Positions 36,695 through 45,600 of a stretch of DNA of 64,000 nt are shown piece after piece. Position 1 is the first letter of the stretch, and every line of letters starts with the position of its first letter. The position numbers and the translations under genes are program-made. The stretch comes from Poseidonia sp. Its GTDB lineage: Archaea; Thermoplasmatota; Poseidoniia; Poseidoniales; Poseidoniaceae. Below the pieces are notes generated by a model, which saw nothing but the letters and a program-made list of their open reading frames with translations, made no database searches and was not told the DNA's origin. Location: positions 1 through 64,000 of the forward strand of contig CBFIDD010000006.1 in the NCBI GenBank assembly GCA_965661285.1. Reading direction: 5' to 3'.

Positions 36695-37138
36695 TTACCA
36701 ATCGTCGGGGACATCCAGCGGTGAAAAGAGTTGACCCGGACCGGTAGCGGAGGCCAGTTGCGACCGGGCGAGGTGCTCCCACTGTCGCAGCGCAAGGAGA
36801 GCTTCGATGACCGAAACGTCGATCTCAATCAGCGTCACCCGAATCAACGTGTCAAGGATGTCCATGCGTTGATGGTCGATGATGTCCATCACCTTGTCCA
36901 AAGCAAAATTCGACGAGGATTCCGCACCCTCCACCTCGAGAGGCCACGGAGAGTGAACCCGTTCGTTGACGGTCTGTCCCGTCGCCTCAAGATGTTGGTT
37001 GAGGGTGTGCATGAGCTGATTGATGTGTTTCTGAAGCACCAAGGAAACCTCGACCAGCGGCATGTTGAGTTGCTTGATGAGATTCACCGTGCGCTCTGTC
37101 AGCGTGACCAAGCCGTCCACAGGTTCGTCGTCCGACAC
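36695..37138 (-). CDS. Hypothetical helical protein
   Basis: GTG start after GGGGTGA RBS just past the upstream stop; amphipathic composition. Confidence 0.65.
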   Translation of the reverse strand: MSDDEPVDGLVTLTERTVNLIKQLNMPLVEVSLVLQKHINQLMHTLNQHLEATGQTVNERVHSPWPLEVEGAESSSNFALDKVMDIIDHQRMDILDTLIRVTLIEIDVSVIEALLALRQWEHLARSQLASATGPGQLFSPLDVPDDW

Positions 37139-37149
37139 CTGTTCACCCC

Positions 37150-40100
37150 TCACTTCTTCGATAGGGCATCGATGAACTGCCAACCGTAGGAATTCCATTG
37201 TTCCTGAGACCATCCGTCAGGAAGGCCGGTCGGTGGCAGGGGAGCAGGTTGTGAACGGTCGGGGCCGCTGGGTGGAGGTGGGACCTGCGCCGATGGTGCC
37301 GCGGGTACTGGCGCTGCTGGAGCGGGGGGTTGTGCAATGGCAGGCACAGCCTTGCTCGAGTTCATCTCTTCTGCGACCACATCGGTTTGGTCAGCAGCCT
37401 CTTCTTCGGTTTCGGGTGCGAGCATACGACGTCGGAGCACCATAGCGTACATACCGAAGGAGACCGAAGCGAGAGCGATGATAAACAGCGAAACGCTGAA
37501 CACATCGGTGGAGAGTTGTTGTGTGAGGGCTTCACCGTCTCGCACGGTTTCCTCTTTGATGAGAAGTGAATCCACGGTGTGGCGGTCCATTTCCACGCCA
37601 TCAACCAGAACGATCACGCGATAGTCGATGCTTGAGCCAGCCGGTGCATCGGCCACAATCGGGAGAGCGGCCGTAAGAGAAGTACCGGTTGAAGCAGCCA
37701 CCTCAACCGAGGCCACGGTGGACCAGAAGCCTCCGTCCACGAGTTCCTGAAGCGCAAAGGCCACATCGCCGTTACCACCGAGGTTGTCGGTCGTGACAAT
37801 CATCTTCGCTGTTTCACCCACATAGGGGCTTGGAACGTCCCACTGCAGCGTTGTTGAAGCATCTTGCAGGTCAACTCGAGGACCGACCAAAGCCAACGGC
37901 CATGATGAGAAGGGCTCGGCCATGGAATTGGATTGCGTGTCGTAAGGATTGCCCGCTTCATCAGAACCGGAAACCCACACATCAACAGCATAGGAAGGCA
38001 GGAGGGTCGTGGCGCCTGAGTCGGTCAAATCCAGGGAGCCGCTCCAGAAGAATTGCTGACCAAACGGTGTGATGTCGGGCAGCAAAACACTGCCTCGTGA
38101 GATTTCGGCCTCGCCTGCTTTCACCCTGTAATGGAGCACAGCGGGTTCATCAAAGTCAAACCCGTTTTCGTCATTCGTGATGAGAATGACTTCGAGGTTG
38201 TCGGCCTGCCCAATTGAAATCGGTGAACCTTGAGGCACACCGTTCAGGGAGATGCTGTCAATGGTGGGTCGCGAATTGTCAACCGCCAGGCGCACCCGTG
38301 GGGAAAAGGCCGTTTCATCCAAGGCCAAACCGGGCATGTCGTCCATGCTCAAACGAAGGTCAAGTCGACCGGAGCGCACCGCTGGCACAAGCAAGTCAAG
38401 GCTGAACTCACCATCGTCCCGCGTGGAGGTTCGCCAGTTGTTTTCGAAATCCCCAAACACGACATCGAAGGCGCCTGCAGGAGCAGGAGTTTCGTCTTCT
38501 GCAAAGAGAACCCGGCCGGAAACCCGGAGAGCCTGTCCTGCACCGATGATGGTCTCATAATTTTCTGAGTTGTAGTGGTTCACGCTGTTTCGCAACTCAA
38601 TCGCACGTATCTTCCCCGATTGGGTATCAAAACGGAAATCGTTGTCAAGACTCCACCAATCATCGCCGAAGCCTTCCGAAACCTCAAAGCACGGCACGAC
38701 TTCATTTTCGTTGCACGGCATGTCCGTCACCTTGATTCGAGGCAAGAAATGGGATACGCCGTCGGTGTCATAGGCCTCGGGGAACATCCATGTGAGTTGG
38801 AACCTCGCTTGGATGATGACAACCGTATCGTCGCCTTCTTCCAAATCAACCGTTGAGTAGAGATTGGAGACGGCAATGTTGTCAGACCCGGACGTCATGA
38901 CGGCGACCGGGAGCCCGTCTTCGCCTTTGGCGAGGGTGATGAACAAGGACGATTCGTCGTCGTCAAAGTCACCCGCAAGCGCGACTTGGACATATTGGAT
39001 ATCTTGCCAACCGTTCGCATCGCTGAGCTTGATTTGCGCCGTGTAGGGGACACCTGGATGCATGGGTTCGTAATCATCATGTCCGAGAATGGTCGTGTTG
39101 CCAAGGTCAACCTCTGGCTCGAATTCTTGACGGATATGGTAGGTCACCAGGTCAGCGTCCCAATCGGGAAGCACCTCGCCCGGCCGATAACCGCAGGTGA
39201 TGGAAGAGACGGGACAAACGGGCCCGCGCCCCATGGCGATCTCGTTGTTTTGCTCGTCCTCACCGGAGACATAGAACGAAACCCGCTGCTTGTGCAGCAG
39301 CATCGAATCGTCGATGAGCCCCTCAAAGATGTTCAGGCCACCGGCCCGCGTTTCGGGGGAGGTCAAGGTCATGAGTTCGTATTCATCTTCGTTGGGCAAA
39401 CCGTCGAAGTTGTAGTCCGTACATCCGATGGCATCGCTGGCTTTGCACCCAACCCAGTAGTGGAGGTTGAGTTGGCGTGGCGGGTCCACCGAGTCTTGGA
39501 CGGTGACGGAGACGGATTGACCCACGCCGGAGGCTCCAGCATGCCGCTCCTCTCCGTCCATTGGCGTTGCACTCAGCACAAGCGGGGAGTTACCGTCAAG
39601 GATCAATCGAATGGAGTTGTAGTTTGGATTTGTGTAGGTGGAGCCGTTCTCCAAATCGACCGCTTGGACGTAGAAAATCATCCCGCCCGGTTGTGATTCT
39701 ATGGGTGAGGTGAAGGTCATGTTGTAGGCGCCAAAGGCAGGGTTGACTTCCTCGTACAGGACGAGTGGCTCGCCCATCGGGTCCCCGTCAAAGGTCACGT
39801 TTTGACCGATGACGCGCAGTGAGAAACTACCAGCGGGCGGCATGAGTTGGGAGTCCTGGAAGTGGATGGAACCACTGAAACTGAGATTGAACCCACCGCG
39901 AACCCAATCCATAGGGAAGAGTTGTCGGCCTGTTTCTTCCCATACCTGGAGTCCGTCAAGTTGGATATCGTTCTCCACGACGAGCTCCATTTCGGAGGTG
40001 GTCCATTGATTGACGGCAACACCGAGGTCGTCTTCCACGGTGATCACAGCCTCTGCGCTGCTCTCATCGTCCCACGACCAGTTGACTTTCGTCGGCATCC

Positions 40101-42567
40101 AAATGGACAAGACACCATCGGCATCTTCCATCGATGTGCAGTTGGCTGCATCGAACATCACGATGCCCTCTGCGTCGGAATTTACGCTGCATGCATCACC
40201 GCGCTGCCAGGTGAAGGAAGGGTTGTCACCGTGGGTGTGTTCAATGGCGATGACCGCTTTGGTCACGTGGTCCACTTCGTCACCGGGTGCGACGCGCGTG
40301 ATGAAGTTCCTGTACAGACCATCAGGTGCCGCGAGGCCACCCTCAAACGAGGCGTCCACGGCCCGTGTTTGCATGGCATAGGTGATGTCGATGTTGGAAA
40401 TTTTCACACGACCGGAACTGGCGGCCTTGACGCCGATTGGAATGTTGACCGTTCCGTCACCGTTTTCTGGGATGTGGTCGTTGAAAGCATCGACAAGCGT
40501 GGGGGCTTTCTTGACCACGGCACCGACCGGAGAATCGTCTGAGGCGACCACCGATGACTCGTTGAGGAATATATCGGATTCCCAATCGTACGTGCCGTCT
40601 CCACCGATGTCGAGCATCGGACGGTCGGGATAGCCCTCTTCATATTCGAGAATAAATTCGTCAATCGCCGGCGTTGCACCGTCGTTGGTTGACGTCATAA
40701 ACACGGCATAGCGCAGCGTATTGCCGGCCGCCTCGGTTGAGAAACTCGTTTCTTGATTGTTGCTGGCATCCAACCATGTGGTTCCGTTATCGTTGGAAAC
40801 AACCACCTGAAGACTCGTGCCCGGTGGCACATCAGCGGTCCACTGCGGTCGGACCTTCCCGACTTTCGTCCCCGTGTTAAAGGGAGGTGAGGTCCAGTCG
40901 CCAGAGGTTTGGTAGGCGGTGGCGTACTCAATGTCAACCCACCATGAAACGGCGGTTGAACCGATGAGTTGTGCCTTCCAAACGAGTTCCTTTCCTGGAT
41001 AGTTGAAGTGGATGGTGGATTCGGACTCCACCGGTTCCCAATGCGTTCCGTTGTCGGCTGAAATCCAGTAGTCGACACGGTCGCCGATGGATGCAGCAGA
41101 CCAGTAGGTTTCCACATTCGCTGAAAGAATATCATCGCCGGACTGAACGACTTCACCGTACCATGTGGTCGTGCCTGGGGCGGGTGTTGTTTCGTACATC
41201 CAACCTGTACCGAATTCACGGTAATAGAGGGTCGCTCCGGACCAGGTAGAGTAGCCGCAATCAACCGTCACGAAGCGCTCACCGTCAAACTGGAGGCCGT
41301 AGCCAAGGCGAGAGATTTGGCGGGTCGTGGACTCTGGAATAAGGGCAGAGGAGGTCCCGGACACCGACCATGCTTCGAGTTGATCACGGTCGTTGTAGGG
41401 TGAATCTTCTTGGCAGCGCATGTAGAACGTCGAGCCGTTCACTTCCAATCCACGCAGCATCTGCTTGGAGCCGCTGCCATAGCTGCCGCCACATTCCCAA
41501 CTGGAACCCGTGGCCGAAGTGTAGGTGTAGAACTCTTGGCTTCTGGTGTAGGTGGAGGTCCCGTCTCCTGCAAAGTCGTATGCGTACAAGCGATTCATGG
41601 CGTTGTGCGCCACCCAGACCTTACCGGTGTCCCGGTCGTAAGCGATGCCCGTGTATTCGCCTACCGAAGGTGATACGTCGTAGGAATCGATGCAGGTCCA
41701 CGTATCGTCTCGGGAGATATCCATCTCCATGATACGGTGGTAATTGACCGGAGCCGTGGAACCGTAGGTGTACCGATAACCGGAGAGGATTCCGAACAAA
41801 CGCTCGTCATCGGTGACCGTCCAGTCCCGGAATCCGTAGTAGGCGTAATAGGAGGACGAGTGCTTTTGAGGCAGCGTACAGGACGCTTTGTCAAGCGTGA
41901 TGACCGATTCTCGGGTGGCGTTGTTGGGGTAGAGGCGTTCAACGATGTTGTGGAAGTTGGACGACGACCACGTGGAGAGGAAAAGCCAGTCGTGATGTTT
42001 GAGGATAGCCCCCTGGCTTTGCGCCATGAAACTCGAGGATGTTTTCGTCAACTGTTGTGAATACAGGGATTCTGTGGCGTTGGACGTGTGGGGTTGACGA
42101 AGGGCGTAGGAACCGTTGTCCAACCACGCATCGGAATTGGCGTCAACATAGGCGTCGTTGCCGTGGGGGAGGAAATTTCGGCTGATGTTGTCCATGCCAA
42201 GTGTCAGGTCTCCCGAACGGTCATCGACGTTGCTCTCGGCACCTCGAATCCAGTGCACCCGGTCATCTGCAACAACCTGCGACCACCCGGTCGCAGAGGC
42301 ACCGGAAAGGGTCATGCTCACGTCGGTAACGTAGGCCCCACGGGGAAGAGAAACCGTTGCCCCCATGTCGGGATTCGCCCCTTGATACAGGGCGATGTGT
42401 TCCACCGAACCGTCGCTAAACTCGTAGACGTGGCGTGTGCCAGCGGCCGCTTCAGCCTCGGTGGAGAACAACTCTGCCATCGGACTGAGGGGCGTCAAGA
42501 ACATCAGCGATACGAGCAACAAGAAAGCGGCTCGGCCTCGGCGTGCTTGCTGTCCGCTACCTTGCAT
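37150..42567 (-). CDS. Giant membrane-anchored surface protein (propeller-like and Ig-like regions) with Pro-rich tail and GLPxGW motif
   Basis: Signal peptide, ~1800 aa acidic beta-rich sequence, many N-x-S/T sequons, C-terminal TM + RRR + Pro-rich tail. Confidence 0.87.
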   Translation of the reverse strand: MQGSGQQARRGRAAFLLLVSLMFLTPLSPMAELFSTEAEAAAGTRHVYEFSDGSVEHIALYQGANPDMGATVSLPRGAYVTDVSMTLSGASATGWSQVVADDRVHWIRGAESNVDDRSGDLTLGMDNISRNFLPHGNDAYVDANSDAWLDNGSYALRQPHTSNATESLYSQQLTKTSSSFMAQSQGAILKHHDWLFLSTWSSSNFHNIVERLYPNNATRESVITLDKASCTLPQKHSSSYYAYYGFRDWTVTDDERLFGILSGYRYTYGSTAPVNYHRIMEMDISRDDTWTCIDSYDVSPSVGEYTGIAYDRDTGKVWVAHNAMNRLYAYDFAGDGTSTYTRSQEFYTYTSATGSSWECGGSYGSGSKQMLRGLEVNGSTFYMRCQEDSPYNDRDQLEAWSVSGTSSALIPESTTRQISRLGYGLQFDGERFVTVDCGYSTWSGATLYYREFGTGWMYETTPAPGTTTWYGEVVQSGDDILSANVETYWSAASIGDRVDYWISADNGTHWEPVESESTIHFNYPGKELVWKAQLIGSTAVSWWVDIEYATAYQTSGDWTSPPFNTGTKVGKVRPQWTADVPPGTSLQVVVSNDNGTTWLDASNNQETSFSTEAAGNTLRYAVFMTSTNDGATPAIDEFILEYEEGYPDRPMLDIGGDGTYDWESDIFLNESSVVASDDSPVGAVVKKAPTLVDAFNDHIPENGDGTVNIPIGVKAASSGRVKISNIDITYAMQTRAVDASFEGGLAAPDGLYRNFITRVAPGDEVDHVTKAVIAIEHTHGDNPSFTWQRGDACSVNSDAEGIVMFDAANCTSMEDADGVLSIWMPTKVNWSWDDESSAEAVITVEDDLGVAVNQWTTSEMELVVENDIQLDGLQVWEETGRQLFPMDWVRGGFNLSFSGSIHFQDSQLMPPAGSFSLRVIGQNVTFDGDPMGEPLVLYEEVNPAFGAYNMTFTSPIESQPGGMIFYVQAVDLENGSTYTNPNYNSIRLILDGNSPLVLSATPMDGEERHAGASGVGQSVSVTVQDSVDPPRQLNLHYWVGCKASDAIGCTDYNFDGLPNEDEYELMTLTSPETRAGGLNIFEGLIDDSMLLHKQRVSFYVSGEDEQNNEIAMGRGPVCPVSSITCGYRPGEVLPDWDADLVTYHIRQEFEPEVDLGNTTILGHDDYEPMHPGVPYTAQIKLSDANGWQDIQYVQVALAGDFDDDESSLFITLAKGEDGLPVAVMTSGSDNIAVSNLYSTVDLEEGDDTVVIIQARFQLTWMFPEAYDTDGVSHFLPRIKVTDMPCNENEVVPCFEVSEGFGDDWWSLDNDFRFDTQSGKIRAIELRNSVNHYNSENYETIIGAGQALRVSGRVLFAEDETPAPAGAFDVVFGDFENNWRTSTRDDGEFSLDLLVPAVRSGRLDLRLSMDDMPGLALDETAFSPRVRLAVDNSRPTIDSISLNGVPQGSPISIGQADNLEVILITNDENGFDFDEPAVLHYRVKAGEAEISRGSVLLPDITPFGQQFFWSGSLDLTDSGATTLLPSYAVDVWVSGSDEAGNPYDTQSNSMAEPFSSWPLALVGPRVDLQDASTTLQWDVPSPYVGETAKMIVTTDNLGGNGDVAFALQELVDGGFWSTVASVEVAASTGTSLTAALPIVADAPAGSSIDYRVIVLVDGVEMDRHTVDSLLIKEETVRDGEALTQQLSTDVFSVSLFIIALASVSFGMYAMVLRRRMLAPETEEEAADQTDVVAEEMNSSKAVPAIAQPPAPAAPVPAAPSAQVPPPPSGPDRSQPAPLPPTGLPDGWSQEQWNSYGWQFIDALSKK

Positions 42568-42631
42568 GGCTGGGACACGCCTTAAGCACCATTTGAACCA
42601 TGCGGTTTGAAGTCGGGACGGCTGGACGGCG

Positions 42632-45600
42632 TCAACTGGTTTGACGGGAATCGTAGCGTATCGGGGATGAATCTCCACGCACCCCGTCTTCTTCATCGTC
42701 GCGCACTTCGAACCAATCGTTCATCCAATCGCCGTCCGTGTCCCAGTTGATGGGACTGCTTCCCTCAGCCAGATGGTCGTCGTCAAAGTCGAGGAGATAC
42801 CAGCCATATTCATGCTCACCCACGCTTCTGACAGGGGGCGTGTTTGGCGAACCCGCATAGTAGATCTCCCATGCATCGGTACGGTTACCGGCCATCAGTA
42901 CGGTATCATCCGAGGCGTCAACGATGAGGAAGTTGGTGTCTTTGTCATCAACGATGTAGCCGTATTGATTATCAGGGCCACCAAATTTGTCCAACTTGAG
43001 GTAGTTCAACACCAGTTCGTTGGGTTGGCCCAACCCGAGGATGGCCGCCCTGAACTGCCAGCCTTCGGTGACCGGCATACCGTCATAGGTTAGCCCGCTC
43101 AAGCGAACGGCGTTCGGAGAAGCGTAGTCACTGGTCGTGATGGCGTAAAATTCCTGGAAATTCGTGTACGACTCGTAGGTACAGCCCGCGCCCGAACAGT
43201 CCCAATTTCCGTCTTGGTCGGGGTCGAGGTTGGCATCGTCCGGGTCAGCCGGGTCAAGCGTGAACCAGGTGAATTCGGTATCCGGTCGAGCAAGTGTACC
43301 TCCTGAACCGTCTTGGGAGAGGGGGAGACAGGAATTCGTATCGGTGTTGCAGGGCCCACCGGTCGCAACATCAATCCAGACAACCCGAATATCAAGATAA
43401 GAACTGAAGTTGTCGTTGCTCTCGTTCCAAGCCATCTTGTACTCGTACCAGTCGGGCAACATATCGCCGTCGCTGTCGTTATCGCTCGGGTTTGACCCGT
43501 ACTTGAAGACCTCCCGACCGTCGGAGTAGTTGTAATCTCTGACATGGGAGACAACCGCCCCGTTCACGGTGGTTGTGATGTAGGTACGACTGTCCTCGTC
43601 GCTATCGTTGAGGTCAGGACGGGTTTGGTTGTCGTACTCCATGAAATTGGTGAACGGAAGGTTGCCGACGCCGTTTTGAACCGCGACACCGGAGGGTGTG
43701 AAGACGCGGTCTTCCCAGGAACCTTGGGTTGCTGGAATGTCGAAACTGGTGCGGTCGTACCATCCATCATGGTCACCATCGTAGTCCACATCCCAAGGGT
43801 TGAGGGGGTTCGCAGCCCAGTGATTTTGTGTGGTGATGTCATCCATGCCGTACGTCGCATAGCAATATTCCCACCCGTCTGGAATGCCGTCGCTGTCCGA
43901 GTCAGGGTGGGTAGGGTCAGCGACACCACGCAGACTTCGATTGAAATTTTCCGCATCGAGTGAATTGATTTTCGCCATTCTGTCAACCGATTCCCGTCCC
44001 TTCTTCACGAAGTCTTGATACAGGGCCTGTTGTGCTTGGAGTGGCGTAAATCCGAGTTCTTCCTGATAGGCAGCCATGGCGTCTTCACCGAAGTCGATGA
44101 TGCCCAGATTCGCAGGAACCGTGTTCCGAGTGAGGAATTTCCCCCATGTTCGAGATTCCCATTCACGAAGATTGCTGAAGGTCTCGTTGGCGTCGATCTC
44201 ACCGTCGCCATTGCAGTCGAAGCTGTCCTGGTCGGAATCCAGATTCACATCCCCATCGATGAGTGGATTGATCGACCATCGGTTTTCGTCAAGGTCCCAC
44301 GATGTGAACCAATACTCAAACCCGTCATACATGCCATCCCCGTCGGTGTCAGCGATGGTAGGGTCGGTCATACCGAGCACGACTTCGATGAAGGCATTGG
44401 GTGGCTCACCTTGCTGCCATGCGTTGAAATCGTTCAGCAAGCGCTTTCCTCTCGTTTCTTTTGAGATGAGGATGTTGAAAACACGTTGAGCTTTTTCCGT
44501 GGGTTGTTGGAAATCACCGTCAACGTGCATCAACGGCGCATCGCTGGGGTGCTCCATACCGTTATCGGGTTGCTCGGAAGCAAGCGCAAACTCTTGGCGG
44601 TCGATCAGACCATCTTCATCCCCGTCAAAGTCGCCATCGCCAGCAACAAGTGGATTCAACGTCCATGTCCCCGCTGTGACATTCCATGAGGTAAACAGGA
44701 GTTCAACGCCGTCCAGCATGCCATCACCGTCCGTGTCCACATTGTTGGGGTCGGCGGTGAACCCGGTAAGGTTGGTTTGGTTCTCCGAGAGGAAATCACC
44801 AAATGAGAGCGTGGTTGAAATGCCTGGCCATTGTTGCAGGGCATAGGCTGTCCCGATGGTGGTGACAAACCACTGGGGAGATGAGCGGTTGGCGTCGGTT
44901 TGGGACAGCAGCGGCGAGATCACGTTGTATTCTTCCCAGTTGGTCATGCCGTCATCGTCGGCGTCTTGCCAGCGGTCGGTTGAATCCAACGGATTGAGGG
45001 TCCACGCATCGTCAAGAAGATTCCATCGAGCAAACCAAATTTCCCACCCGTCTGGCATACCGTCATCATCGGTGTCGGCATTGAGCGGGTCGGAGGCACC
45101 GATGCTGTAGGAGGAAAGCCCCGCTGTCACGGACCCGGAGGCTCGGTCGGCAAACGTGTCATCGGGAACGCCTTGGTCGCTGATGTGGTCAAAGAGTTGC
45201 GTGGTAAATCCTTCAGGCAACGTATCACCGTCGAGGGTTTGATTCCCGTTGAACAAGTCCGAGCGGATGTGATACTCGAGATAGTTGACAAAGGCTTCGT
45301 CCTGTGAGAGAACGCCGTCTCGATTGATGTCATAGCCATCACCGTCGGGGTTTTCAAAGGCATCAGACCCGTTGAGTGGATTGACCCCGACACGCGTGGG
45401 GTCCCACGAGCAGAGGCCTTTGGATTCCCAGCCATCAGGGAGCGTATCGCCGTCAGAATCCACCAAATTAGGGTCGGCGACCGACCAGCCTTCAGCGGCC
45501 TCGGGAGATTCACCGTACAACTCGAACAATTCACCGTTGATGCCCATCAAGCGGACAACGGACCACTGGTATTCGCACAGGTTGGGCAGACCATCTCCGT

